A stretch of 54,776 nucleotides of DNA from Candidatus Eiseniibacteriota bacterium (GTDB lineage Bacteria > Eisenbacteria > RBG-16-71-46 > SZUA-252): NCBI GenBank assembly GCA_035712245.1, contig DASTBC010000310.1, positions 1 to 54,776 of the forward strand, given 5' to 3'. This document shows positions 43,142-53,300 of the stretch, piece after piece. Within the stretch, counting starts at the first letter, position 1. Each line of letters opens with the position of its first letter. The notes below the pieces were generated by a model. It was given only the letters and a program-made list of their open reading frames with translations. It was not told the origin of the DNA and did no database searches. Made by a program: the position numbers and the translations under genes.

Positions 43142-44020
43142 TCAGCGCCGGTAGGAGATCCCGAGGAAGAGGGCGACGCCCTCGGCTTCATCCGAGACGC
43201 CCAGGCGTGTCCCCCCGTCGAGCTGGAGGTCCGGTGTGGCGGCGAAGGTGAGCCCCGCGTTCAGAAGAGCCGTCCACTCCCCCTCGGATCGGGGGCGGTG
43301 ACCGGAGGTCCCCTCGAGGAAGCCCGCCAGGCTCCCGACCAGGTCCCGCGCGATGGTCCCCGTGAAGAGCCACTCGACGTGATGCCCGTCCCCGTCCGCG
43401 TCGGGGAGCACGTCCATCTGGGCCATCGTGGCGAGGCCCGTCTCCCAGGGGCCCGAGATCGCGAGCGGCACGATGAGTCCGCCGCCCACCTGCGTCTCGC
43501 CCTCGGCGGTCGGGAACTCGACGTACGGCATCGCGGCCAGCGCGGTGGAGCCGCCGTCGTTGCCCCAGAGGTTCCACTTGAGCCTGGCCGTCAGATTGGT
43601 GGGCCCGGTCTCGCCGTCGGACGTGGACGGGTCCGGGGGCAAGGCCCCCGAGTCCCGTTCCTCGTGGATCGCGTCGAACCCGATCTGGAGGTCCGAACGG
43701 GGCGTGAGGCCGAGCTTCACCAGAAATCCCGCGTACCCGGTCTTGTCGAGGCCCTCGTCGTGCGTCAGGGTCACGGCTTCGACCTCGATCTGGGCGTGGC
43801 CCGCGTCCACCGTGTACGGGCTCTCGGTGAGGTCGGGGCGGTCGGTGCTCATCTCCCGGAGGAGCGCCCGTGGCGTGGGGTGGAAGAGGTGATACCCGGC
43901 CTTGGACGCGCGGATCGCCACGGCCGGGTCGGCGGCCCCGGGCTCCTGGCCCCGGGCCTCGGCCGCCGCGGCGGCGAGAACGACGATCGCGCCGAGGAGG
44001 CATTTGTCGTGACGAAACAC
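43142..44020 (-). CDS. Outer-membrane transporter of the MetA-pathway/phenol-degradation-like family
   Basis: Signal peptide ...CLLGAIVVLAAAAAEARGQE. ...MSTDRPDLTESPYTVDAGHAQIEVE... is the family N-terminal signature as I recall it. Beta-barrel ending ...ALFLGISYRR. GTG start without a clear SD. Confidence 0.75.
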   Translation of the reverse strand: MFRHDKCLLGAIVVLAAAAAEARGQEPGAADPAVAIRASKAGYHLFHPTPRALLREMSTDRPDLTESPYTVDAGHAQIEVEAVTLTHDEGLDKTGYAGFLVKLGLTPRSDLQIGFDAIHEERDSGALPPDPSTSDGETGPTNLTARLKWNLWGNDGGSTALAAMPYVEFPTAEGETQVGGGLIVPLAISGPWETGLATMAQMDVLPDADGDGHHVEWLFTGTIARDLVGSLAGFLEGTSGHRPRSEGEWTALLNAGLTFAATPDLQLDGGTRLGVSDEAEGVALFLGISYRR

Positions 44021-44056
44021 GGATTTAGGTTAGCCTAACTCTGGAAGGAGTCAAGC

Positions 44057-44089
44057 AAAAGGGCGGGCGCTTCGTGGAAACGCCCGCCC
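44057..44089 (-). terminator. Rho-independent terminator after the DinB-family gene
   Basis: 9-bp stem GGGCGGGCG (44061-44069) / CGCCCGCCC (44081-44089). On the minus strand the stem is followed immediately by TTTT (44057-44060). Confidence 0.7.
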
Positions 44090-44129
44090 GATGGATTCGG
44101 TGTTCCGGCCGGTCGCCGTGCCTGCGCCT

Positions 44130-44654
44130 CTACGCCTGCTGCACCTGCTTCGGCTGGTACTCGGGGGCGTTCTGATCGAAGGACCACATGAAGGGGGGCT
44201 CCACGCCGAGCTGGCGCAGATACGCGTAGAGCTGGCCCCGGTGGTGCAGGTGCTCGTCGTAGATGATCGTGATGCAGATGGCGCCCGGGAAGGGCATCCC
44301 CCACTGCGTCGGGACCATCGCCTGGAGCTGCGCATCACTCATGGACGCCACCGCGCGGTCGGCGATGTTCCAGGACTCCGTGGCGTAGCGCACGAGATCG
44401 TCCTTCGTCTTCACCTTCTCCAGCGTGACGGGGTCGTCCTTCGAGTCGACGTATCCGATGTTCCCCTTGGCCGCGCCGTCCGCCGCGTAGCGCATCATGT
44501 TGTACATGTGCACGAGCAGCTCGCGGGGCGTTCGCATGTCCTTGCACGGACGGGCATCGACCTTGTCGGCCGGGATCGCCTCGATCGCCCGGACCGTGAT
44601 GCCCTGGACTCCGCGGAAGTGTTCCCAAAACGCGCTCATCTGTGCCTTGTTCAT
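44130..44654 (-). CDS. DinB-superfamily protein
   Basis: 174 aa four-helix-bundle-like sequence with ...ELLVHMYNM... and ...IYDEHLHHRGQLYAYLRQLG..., the conserved His triad context of the DinB family. Confidence 0.8.
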   Translation of the reverse strand: MNKAQMSAFWEHFRGVQGITVRAIEAIPADKVDARPCKDMRTPRELLVHMYNMMRYAADGAAKGNIGYVDSKDDPVTLEKVKTKDDLVRYATESWNIADRAVASMSDAQLQAMVPTQWGMPFPGAICITIIYDEHLHHRGQLYAYLRQLGVEPPFMWSFDQNAPEYQPKQVQQA

Positions 44655-44726
44655 GGAGCTCTCCTTGCGGCGGGCCGGCCGTCGCCGTCGCGGGCGGCGG
44701 CCGGTCCGCGCATGTGTGGGGATGCC

Positions 44727-45449
44727 TCAGCCCTTCGGCTTCACGTCCTTGTGATTGATGTCGAAGGTGATCATGAAGCCGTTCGTGCCCTTGTACTCGT
44801 ACGGCTTGTCGCCGGTGCGGTAGGCCTCGACCTCGTTCTTCATCATGACGAAGCCGTTGTTCCGCGGCGCGCCGAAGTACTTGAGGTTCTGGATCACGAC
44901 GGGCTGGTCGGTCATGCCCGGGCTCCGGTTCAGGATCACCTCTCCCATCTTCCCGCCGTCCAGCTTCGCCACGGCGCGGTCCTTCGTGTAGCTCCACTCC
45001 ACCGGAGCGTCCGCGCCCATGGTGAAGGACTTCCATTTCACGGGGTACAGGTGCCCGAGCACGGCCACGACCCCCTCACGCTGCTGCGGCGTGACGGCCG
45101 GATCGAAGTGGAGCACCGCCCAGTCCATCTCCCCGTCGCTGAAGCTCGCGCCCAGGTCGCCTGCGACCCAGAACTTCGCGCCGTCGAGCTTCGTCCCGCC
45201 GTAGGAGCCCTTGTTCACCTGGAAGACGTTGTTGAACTTGCAGAAGTGCTCGCCCGCGCCGTGGCCTTCGTGGCCCGCGTGCGCGGCCGGCTTGTCGTCG
45301 AAGTAGCACTGGCAGAACATCGGGCACGAGCAGGCCTCGATGATCGTGGCGTTCATGTTCCAGGTCGGCGCCTTCGCGTCGGCGGCGAGCGCGGAGCCGG
45401 ACGCCAGGAGGACGAGACCGAAGGCGAATGCGAGGGAGAGTCGGAGCAT
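44727..45449 (-). CDS. Secreted DUF1326-like protein
   Basis: ATG preceded by AAGGAGG. Signal peptide MLRLSLAFAFGLVLLASGSALA. The Cys cluster ...IEACSCPMFCQCYF... resembles the DUF1326 signature as I recall it. Confidence 0.7.
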   Translation of the reverse strand: MLRLSLAFAFGLVLLASGSALAADAKAPTWNMNATIIEACSCPMFCQCYFDDKPAAHAGHEGHGAGEHFCKFNNVFQVNKGSYGGTKLDGAKFWVAGDLGASFSDGEMDWAVLHFDPAVTPQQREGVVAVLGHLYPVKWKSFTMGADAPVEWSYTKDRAVAKLDGGKMGEVILNRSPGMTDQPVVIQNLKYFGAPRNNGFVMMKNEVEAYRTGDKPYEYKGTNGFMITFDINHKDVKPKG

Positions 45450-45579
45450 GGAGACCTCCTTGTTCGGGGAATGGACCTACGCGCGGCGGCGCGCCGCGCC
45501 TGGCGACGTCGGAAGCCCGGAGCGCCGGGCGACGAGGGATGAGTTCTACACCTTTTGAGCGGCGGGGTACAGGGGGTCG

Positions 45580-46350
45580 TCAGGGTGCCACGAGCTTCCG
45601 GAGCGCGGCGATGTCGATCCTGGGCGCCAGCGCGTCCACGTCACGGCGCTCCCCTCGAATCTCCACGATGATCGCCGCGATCCCGTCCGGCCGGCTCGAG
45701 GTCACGTCCCCGTCGCCGAGCCGGGGAAGATCCTCCGTCTGCTGCACCCTCTTGCGAAGGCCCGACTCGAGATCCGGCGGCACGACGTACGCCCGGACGA
45801 GCGTCAGGGCCCGCTTCGAGTCCTCCGGCGAGAGCGGAACCGCGACCCGGGAGCCCTCCTCCGCTCCGAGGATGGACTGGCGCACGAAGAGCGCGCCCTT
45901 CCGGTCGAGGATCTGAACCGCTCCTCCGACGGTGGCGAGGCCCGTGGAGAGTCCGCGTTCCCCGTTCAGGGCGAGGTTGATCTCGAGCGTGCGCTCGTCC
46001 TCGCTCGCGGTCCGGGTCTCGTACGAGCGCGAGAGCCAGGCCGGGATCGGATTCCACCCGTCGGGCGCGTCCAGCTTCCCCGCGTCGGCCCCGACGCGCC
46101 GCTCCTCACCCTCGGGTGCGAGACGGAACGTGGACGAAGGCTTCGGCAGCGCGCGCTCCGCGGACGCGAGGCGCGCGCGCACGCGATCCCGGTCCGCTTG
46201 GGTCGCGGGTGTTCTCAAGACCACGGGCGCGTCGTCTCCGACGGGAAGGCCCTTCGAGGGCGCGTCCTGCGCGTTCGGTCGCGAAGGCATGAGGAAGAGG
46301 AGCGCGAGCGCGAGCAGGCAGCGTGTCGGTTTCGGGTGGAGTCGTCGCAT
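45580..46350 (-). CDS. Secreted hypothetical protein
   Basis: Signal peptide ...CLLALALLFLMPSRPNAQD. Coding-like composition. No recognisable motif. Confidence 0.6.
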   Translation of the reverse strand: MRRLHPKPTRCLLALALLFLMPSRPNAQDAPSKGLPVGDDAPVVLRTPATQADRDRVRARLASAERALPKPSSTFRLAPEGEERRVGADAGKLDAPDGWNPIPAWLSRSYETRTASEDERTLEINLALNGERGLSTGLATVGGAVQILDRKGALFVRQSILGAEEGSRVAVPLSPEDSKRALTLVRAYVVPPDLESGLRKRVQQTEDLPRLGDGDVTSSRPDGIAAIIVEIRGERRDVDALAPRIDIAALRKLVAP

Positions 46351-46436
46351 GGCTGGGTCCCCCTCGGACGCTTCATTCTACTCATAAGGGTGGCCGTGAA
46401 TTCCAAGGAAACGGCGCGGCACGCGACCATACGGGG

Positions 46437-47624
46437 TTACATCAGACGACCGAGTGCTTCCTCCAAGACGGAGGGCTCGACGATCAGGCTGATGACGATG
46501 TGGTCGTCCGACAGCCCATAGAAGTGGCCGGGGTGGACCAGGATATCGTGCCGATCGAGGAGCCGCTCGCCCGGGTCCACGTCCTGGGCATGCTCTCGCT
46601 GTCGCAGCACGGCGCTCCAGCCGCCCTCCGCTTCGAGGAGCTGGAACGGCGTTCGCCCCGGGACGAGATTCGAGCGCAAGAGCCCGAGATTCGCCGCGAG
46701 CCGCTCTCGCATCGCGATCTGAAATCGATGCCGTCCGTCCAGGAACGAAGGAAGCGCGGCCTCGCTGGGGCCGCTCGTGGAGAGGAAGAGGTCCGCGATC
46801 CACTCGAGTCCTTCGGTCGCGCGCCCCATCTCGCGGTCGGGTCCTGCGACGGCGATCCATCCGAGCTTCATCTGGGGCAGACCGCAGAGCTTCGACACAC
46901 CTCCGAGCACGAAGGTCGGCCCTCGGCGAGGCTCCGCAAGGAGCGTCGGGAGCGGCCGGGTCGCCGGTGGCCACGGGAAGTCGCCGAAGACCTCGTCCGA
47001 GACGAGGGCGATGCCGAGGCGCTCCACGACGGCCTCGATGGCTCCCAGCTCCTCCGGTTGGACGCAGGAGCCGGTGGGGTTGTTGGGCTGCACGAGGAAG
47101 ATGGCGCGAGTGCGCGGCCCGGCCGCGGCTTCCATGGAGTCGGGGTCGCCGGTCCACCCGCCGGACGGCGTCGAGGCGGCCTGGAGCGCGTATTCGCGGA
47201 TTTCCACCCCCTCCAGTCTGGCCAGCGGCTCGAAGAGGGGATAGCTCGGCGTGGGGACCAGCACGTCGTCGCCGGGATCGCAGAGGAGCCGGAGCAGGTG
47301 CGCGTAGGACTCGCTCGTGCTCGAGGTGAGGACCAGCCGGTCGGGAGACACCGTGTCGCGTCCTTCCCGTTCCGCGTAATACCGGGCCACCGCTTCCCGC
47401 GCGGCGAGCGAGCCTCGCGGCTCCGGTTCGTACGCGTCCGGGAGTGCCAGCGTGGGCGGCGGTCCATAGTCCAGTCCCACGCGCGTGGGGTTCGAGATCG
47501 TGAGATCGAGGATGCGGACGCCCCGCGCGCGCTTCTCGGCCAGGAGCCGCGCGAGCGGATTCGGCTCGAAGTCGTCCGGGACGCGGGCGGAGAGGCGCGA
47601 GCGTCGCGGCCCTCCCGCGTTCAC
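46437..47624 (-). CDS. Class I/II pyridoxal-phosphate-dependent aminotransferase
   Basis: GTG at 47624 (aa 298 of the 692-aa track ORF), 2 nt after the upstream gene stop. ...RILDLTISNPT..., ...LVQPNNPTG... and ...GGVSKLCGLPQMKLGW... (PLP-Lys context) are typical. Confidence 0.85.
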   Translation of the reverse strand: MNAGGPRRSRLSARVPDDFEPNPLARLLAEKRARGVRILDLTISNPTRVGLDYGPPPTLALPDAYEPEPRGSLAAREAVARYYAEREGRDTVSPDRLVLTSSTSESYAHLLRLLCDPGDDVLVPTPSYPLFEPLARLEGVEIREYALQAASTPSGGWTGDPDSMEAAAGPRTRAIFLVQPNNPTGSCVQPEELGAIEAVVERLGIALVSDEVFGDFPWPPATRPLPTLLAEPRRGPTFVLGGVSKLCGLPQMKLGWIAVAGPDREMGRATEGLEWIADLFLSTSGPSEAALPSFLDGRHRFQIAMRERLAANLGLLRSNLVPGRTPFQLLEAEGGWSAVLRQREHAQDVDPGERLLDRHDILVHPGHFYGLSDDHIVISLIVEPSVLEEALGRLM

Positions 47625-47626
47625 GC

Positions 47627-47974
47627 TCAGTCCCAGTTCGCCGTGACCGCCTTCCACAGCATGTTCACCGCCGCGAGCACGAGCGCGGCGATGAAGGCCG
47701 GGAGGAAGCCGTTGATGCTGAACTGGGGGACGAGGAACGCCACGAGGAGGAGCACGAGGGCGTTCACCACGAAATAGAAGATCCCGAAGGTGAGGAGAAT
47801 GAGCGGGAACGTGATGATCTTGAGAATGAGGCCGATGGTCGCGTTGGCCAGCCCGAGGACCAGGGCCGCCAGGACGGCGACTCCCCAGTTCGGGACGTAG
47901 AAGCCCGGCAGCGTCCGGGCCATGAGGAGGAACGTGGCCACGATCACGAGGAAATGAACGAGCGCTTTCAGCAT
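47627..47974 (-). CDS. Small membrane protein of the phage-holin-4/YvlD-like family
   Basis: ATG at 47974 (aa 30 of the track ORF). 115 aa with four hydrophobic helices. ...GLILKIITFPLILLTFGIFYFVVNALVL... matches the family pattern as I recall it. Confidence 0.7.
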   Translation of the reverse strand: MLKALVHFLVIVATFLLMARTLPGFYVPNWGVAVLAALVLGLANATIGLILKIITFPLILLTFGIFYFVVNALVLLLVAFLVPQFSINGFLPAFIAALVLAAVNMLWKAVTANWD

Positions 47975-48189
47975 GGGTACCCCCCGGTCCGGAGCTCGGC
48001 ACGGCCCTGACCCGGGGTACGGTAGCACGCCACTTTCCCGGCTTGCACCGCCCGGAGTCATGGATTAGCTTCGCCTCTGCTCCTGCGAGCCGGCGCGTTC
48101 GCCCCGCGCCGAGGTTCCGCCACACTCCATCCGCACGCTCGGTCCGCAAAAAAGGGGAAGCTCTCTCCCGCTCACGGGGAGCTCTCTCT

Positions 48190-48402
48190 ATGGACCTCGA
48201 ACACTGGTACCGCTGCAACCTGTGCGGGTACATGTACACCCCCCAGCAGGTGCAGGCGCTCGTCCAGCTTCTCACCTCGCGATCCGAGGGCGGCGAGCTC
48301 GTGCTCGACGACGACGCCACCGCCGGGATCCCGTGCCGAAAGAAGGGGTGCTCGGGGCGTCTTCGCCCCACGGACCAGCTCCACCGGGATCCACCGCGGT
48401 AG
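48190..48402 (+). CDS. Small zinc-ribbon-like protein (70 aa), hypothetical
   Basis: ATG at 48190 with GGGGAG about 9 nt upstream. CNLC...CRKKGC gives two Cys pairs. Divergent from the holin-family gene. Support is weak. Confidence 0.4.
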   Translation: MDLEHWYRCNLCGYMYTPQQVQALVQLLTSRSEGGELVLDDDATAGIPCRKKGCSGRLRPTDQLHRDPPR

Positions 48403-48542
48403 CCCGCGGGGTTCCGTGCCGCCCGCGCGGCGCGGAATCCGCCGCCCGGGGACGCCCCGGGGGCGAATCCCCTTGTTGGCCCGGAAAAGGCGGACCTATA
48501 CTGTCCGGCTCGCATTTTGACGGGTCACGGGAGGTGGCGCGG

Positions 48543-49232
48543 GTGGAGCCACTTGCAGAGCGGCTGGCGGGGATCCGCGTCCGGATGGACAGCGCAACCG
48601 AGCGATCGGGCCGCGCGCCGGGATCGGTGCGGCTCCTGGCCATCACGAAGGGCTTCCCCGCTTCGGTCGTGCGGCAGGCGCTCGAAGCCGGCCTGACCGA
48701 GCTCGGAGAGAACCGAGTCCAGGAAGCCGAGGGGAAGATCCGCGAGGTGGGGCCGGGTCCGCGGTGGCATCTCGTGGGACACCTCCAGACCAACAAGGCG
48801 CGGAAGGCCGTCGATCTCTTCGAGGAGGTCCACTCCGTGGACTCCGCGGCCCTGGCCGAGGAGCTGGCCCGCAGGGCCGAGGCGGCGGGGCGTTCGCCTC
48901 TCTGCTACGTGGAAGTGAACACTTCGGGCGAGTCCTCGAAGCACGGAGTCCCGTCCGGGGAGGCGATGGCGCTGCTCGGGCGGGTTCGCGCGCTCGATCC
49001 GCTCCGTCTCGAAGGGCTCATGACCATCGGCCCGCGGCACGGCGGCCTGGACGGCGCCCGGGCGTCGTTCCGGGCGCTCGCGAGGCTCCGCGAGGAGGCA
49101 CGGGACGCCGGGCTCCTGGGCGGGGACGCCGGGCTCTCGATCGGGATGTCGGACGACTTCGAGATCGCGATCGAGGAAGGCGCCACGATCGTGCGGATCG
49201 GGAGCGCGCTCTTCGGCCCGCGCGGGACGTGA
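48543..49232 (+). CDS. yggS: YggS-family pyridoxal-phosphate homeostasis protein
   Basis: GTG at 48543, 9 nt after GGGAGG (alternative GTG at 48534). ...VRLLAITKG..., ...ELGENRVQE..., ...WHLVGHLQTNK..., ...LEGLMTIGP..., ...LSIGMSDDFEIAIEEGATIVRIGSALFG. Confidence 0.9.
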   Translation: MEPLAERLAGIRVRMDSATERSGRAPGSVRLLAITKGFPASVVRQALEAGLTELGENRVQEAEGKIREVGPGPRWHLVGHLQTNKARKAVDLFEEVHSVDSAALAEELARRAEAAGRSPLCYVEVNTSGESSKHGVPSGEAMALLGRVRALDPLRLEGLMTIGPRHGGLDGARASFRALARLREEARDAGLLGGDAGLSIGMSDDFEIAIEEGATIVRIGSALFGPRGT

Positions 49233-49492
49233 GGTTCGCGGTGCACGTGACGCCGAAGAGCCGCGCGGACGAGATCCGGGTGGACCCGTCTTCCCGGACG
49301 ATCCGGGTGCGCGTGACCGCGGCCGCGGAGTCGGGGAAGGCGAACGACGCGGTGCTCGCGCTCCTTCGCGAGAAGCTGGGGCTCCGGGCGGGGGCGCTTC
49401 GCATCAAGGCCGGCGCGACCTCGCGCACGAAGTGGATCGAGGCCGACGGACTCGAGGAGAACGACCTGTGGCACAGGCTGGAAGCGGAGTGA
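49229..49492 (+). CDS. yggU: DUF167 (YggU) family protein
   Basis: GTG at 49229 overlaps the yggS TGA (GTGA). ...VHVTPKSRADEI...VRVTAAAESGKANDAVLALL... is typical of DUF167. Confidence 0.8.
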   Translation: MRFAVHVTPKSRADEIRVDPSSRTIRVRVTAAAESGKANDAVLALLREKLGLRAGALRIKAGATSRTKWIEADGLEENDLWHRLEAE

Positions 49493-50382
49493 TGACGAAG
49501 AACGCACGCGCCGCCGGCGCGCGGGCCGCGGATCCGCTCGCCTCGAACCTCCCGGGCGCGATCGAAGACGCCCGCGCGTACGTCGCGGAGCGCATTCGCG
49601 TGAAGCCGGAGGTAGGGGTCATCCTCGGCACCGGGCTCGGACGCCTCTCCGACGCGATGCCGGACGCGGTGGTGGTCCCGTACCACGAGATCCCTCATTT
49701 CCCGACCGCGGGCGTGGAAAGCCACGCGGGGGAGCTCTACGCGGGAACCCTCGGAGGCCGCCCCGCGATCGTGCTGAGCGGACGCGCCCACTACTACGAA
49801 GGCTACACGATGCGCCAGGTGACCTTCCCGACGCGCGTGCTGCGTGCCCTGGGGGTCCACACGCTCGTCGTGACCAACGCGGCAGGCGGCATGAACCCCG
49901 GGTATGAAGCCGCCGACATCGCGCTCGTGACGGACCACCTCAATCTCATGGGAGACAACCCGCTCCTCGGACCCAACGAGGACTCGCTCGGGCCGCGGTT
50001 CCCGGACATGTCCGAGCCCTACGACAAGTCGCTCCAGGCGCTCGCGCGCGAGGTCGCCCTCGACGAGCGGATCCGCCTACGCGAGGGAGTCCTCGCCGCG
50101 GTGGCCGGTCCCAATCTCGAGACCCGCGCCGAGTATCGATTCTTGACGTGGGCCGGCGCCGATCTCGTGAGCATGTCCCTCGTCCCCGAAGCGATCGTCG
50201 CGGCCCACGCCGGGATGCGGCTCCTCGCGTTCGCGGTCGTCACGGACCTCTGCCTTCCCGACGCGCTCGAGCCCGCCGACATCACGAAGATCCTCGCGAA
50301 CGCCGCGCAGGCGGAGCCCTTCCTCACGCGCCTCGTCACCCAGGTGCTCACGCGGCTTCCCGCGCGCGGGGAGCGCGCATGA
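49492..50382 (+). CDS. Purine nucleoside phosphorylase (trimeric PNP/MTAP family)
   Basis: ATG at 49492 overlaps the upstream TGA by 1 nt. ...GVILGTGLG..., ...HFPTAGVESHAGEL..., ...GRAHYYEGY..., ...LVVTNAAGG..., ...VSMSLVPE.... Confidence 0.9.
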   Translation: MTKNARAAGARAADPLASNLPGAIEDARAYVAERIRVKPEVGVILGTGLGRLSDAMPDAVVVPYHEIPHFPTAGVESHAGELYAGTLGGRPAIVLSGRAHYYEGYTMRQVTFPTRVLRALGVHTLVVTNAAGGMNPGYEAADIALVTDHLNLMGDNPLLGPNEDSLGPRFPDMSEPYDKSLQALAREVALDERIRLREGVLAAVAGPNLETRAEYRFLTWAGADLVSMSLVPEAIVAAHAGMRLLAFAVVTDLCLPDALEPADITKILANAAQAEPFLTRLVTQVLTRLPARGERA

Positions 50383-53300
50383 GCGTGAAGGCCGAGCGCT
50401 TCCGTCCCCCCAGCGTGAAGCTCGACGCACCCGAGTCCGAGCGGAAGATCCTCGAGCTCTGGAAGGAGATCCGCGCGTTCGAGGAAGGACTCCGCCGCCG
50501 CGAGGGCTCGCCCCCGTTCACGTTCTACGAGGGCCCGCCCACGGCGAACGGACTCCCGGGCGTCCATCACGTGATCTCCCGGACCATCAAGGACATCGTC
50601 TGCCGCTACCGGTCGATGACGGGCCACTACGTCCCGCGCAAGGCCGGGTGGGACACGCACGGGCTTCCCGTCGAGATCGAGGTCGAGCGCCAGCTCCAGA
50701 TCAGCGGCAAGGATCAGATCGAGACGTACGGGATCGCGGAGTTCAACGCGCTCTGCAAGAAGAGCGTCCTCAAGTACGAGAGCGAGTGGCGCCGGAACAC
50801 CGAGCGGATCGGGTTCTGGCTCGACATGGACCATCCGTATCTCACCTTCGCGAACGAGTACATCGAGACCGTCTGGTGGCTCCTGAAGCGCATCTGGGAC
50901 GGGGGGCTCCTCTACCAGGGGCACAAGATCGTCCCGTACTGCCCGCGCTGCGGAACGCCCCTCTCGAGTCACGAGGTCAGCCTGGGATATGACGACGTGA
51001 CGGAGCCCTCGGTCACGGTGAAGTTCGCCCTCGAGGACGAGCCGGGATCGTACGTGCTCGCGTGGACCACCACGCCCTGGACGCTTCCGGGGAACGTCGC
51101 GCTCGCCGTGGGCGCCGACCTGGACTACGTCCGCGCGGTCCAGACGGTGGAGGGCAAGGAGGAGCGCTACTACGTCGCGCGCGAGCGGCTCGCCCAGCTC
51201 GCGGGGGAGTACACCGTGGACCGGGAGCTCAAGGGCCGCGATCTCGTCGGGCGGCGCTACCGTCCGCTCTTCGACTTCATGAATCTGGAAGCGGTCACCG
51301 GAAAGAAGGCCTACTACGTCGCTGCCGCCGACTTCGTGACCACGACCGACGGCACGGGCGTCGTGCACACCGCGGTCATGTACGGCGAGGACGACTATGC
51401 CCTCGGCCAGGCGCTCGATCTCCCGCAGCACCACACCGTGGACCCGCGCGGCCACTTCACCGAGGACGTGAAGCCCTGGGCCGGGCAGTTCGTGAAGGAC
51501 GCCGAGTCGGACATCCGGCGCTGGCTCCGCGCGCACGGATCGCTCTACCGCGAGGAGATGACGACGCACGCCTATCCCTTCTGCTGGCGCTGCGACTCGG
51601 TCCTCCTCTATTACGCGTGGAAGACGTGGTACATCGCCACGACGCGCTACCGCGACCAGCTCCTCGCGGCGCACAAGACCGTGGAGTGGCACCCTGGGGA
51701 CGTCGGCGCGAACCGGTTCGGGAACTGGCTCGAGAACAACGTCGACTGGGCGCTCTCGCGGAACCGCTACTGGGGGACGCCGCTCAACATCTGGCGGTGC
51801 TCCGGGTGCGGGGAGGACCGCTCCGTCGGGAGCATCGAGGAGCTGCGCCAGGGGAAGGGAGTTCCGGATCCGCTCGACCTCCACCGTCCCTACGTCGACC
51901 AGGTGACCTTCGACTGCCCGAAGTGCGGCGGCGAGCAGCGCCGCGTGCCCGAGGTGATCGACGTGTGGTTCGACTCGGGCGCGATGCCGTACGCGCAGTG
52001 GCACTACCCGTTCGAGAACCGGGACCGGTTCGAGCGCTCGTTCCCGGCCGACTTCATCTCGGAGGGGATGGACCAGACCCGCGGATGGTTCTACTCGCTC
52101 CTCGCGATCGCGGTGCACGCCTCCGGGCGCGCGCCGTACCGGCACGTGCTTCCCATCGAGCTCATCCTCGACAAGCAGGGCAAGAAGATGAGCAAGTCGA
52201 AGGGGAACACGGTCGATCCCAACAAGATCCTGGACGAGCGCGGAGCCGACGCGCTCCGCTTCTATCTCATCGCGACGAGCCCGCCGTGGATGCCGACGCG
52301 CTTCGACACGGACGGCGTGACCGAGGTGACGAAGAAGCTCCTCGGGACGCTCCGGAACGTCGGAGCGTTCTTCGCTCTCTACGCGAACATCGACGACTAC
52401 GATCCCGCGAGGAAGGAGCCCTCCGCGCCGAGCCTTCTCGACCGCTGGATCCTGTCCCGGCTCCACTCGCTCACCGCTTCGGTGAGGGACTCCCTCGAGT
52501 CGTACGACCTGACGCGCGGCGCGCGCGCGATCCAGGACTTCGTGCTCGAGGACCTCTCGAACTGGTACGTCCGGCGCTCGCGCCGGCGGTTCTGGAAATC
52601 CGGGGATCCGGCCGACAAGCGCGCCGCCTACGACGCGCTCTACGAGTGCCTGCGCGTCGTGTCGAGGCTCCTCGCTCCGTACACCCCGTTCGTCGCGGAG
52701 GAGATCCACCAGCACGTCGTGCGCCCCGGCGCGCCCGACGCGGAGCCCTCGAGCGTCCACTGGTGTGACTTCCCCGAGCCCGACCCCTCGCGCATCGACG
52801 AGGGCCTCGAGCGCTCCATGGAGCTCGCCCTCCGGGTCGTGAATCTCGCCCGGGCGGCCCGGAACGCGTCCTCGCTCCGGGTCCGACAGCCGCTTCGCCG
52901 GGTCGCCGTGGCGGGGATCGGAGCGCGGGAGGCACGGGACCTGCTAGGCCTCGCGTGGCTGGTCCAGGACGAGCTCAACGTCAAAGAGGTCGTTCTCGTG
53001 GAGGATCGGAACGACCTCGTGGCGCTCACGGTGAAGCCCAACTTCCCGGTCCTGGGGAAGAAGGCGGGGCCGGCCATGAAGGAGATTGCCGCCCAGATGC
53101 TGGCCGCCCCGCCCGGCCAGGTCCGGGCCGCGATCGAGGGAGAAGGCTGGGAGGTCGAGGCCGGCGGGCGCTCCTTCCGCCTCACGGCGGAAGACGTACT
53201 GGTGCAGGAGGCATCCAAAGCTCCTTGGGTGGCGCAGTCCGACGGAAGCCTCGCGGTCGCCGTCGACACCACCCTGGACGAGGATCTGCGGACGGAGGGG

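Noticed and set aside
47627-47974. Phage-holin-family gene as evidence of a prophage
   Set aside because: No endolysin, capsid, terminase or integrase genes are nearby. The gene is coupled to an aminotransferase. This family is widespread as chromosomal YvlD-like proteins.
48172-48384. 70-aa minus-strand ORF overlapping the zinc-ribbon ORF
   Set aside because: It has no SD and no motif, and is antisense to an ORF with paired Cys motifs and an SD-like GGGGAG. Even the plus-strand call is only low confidence.
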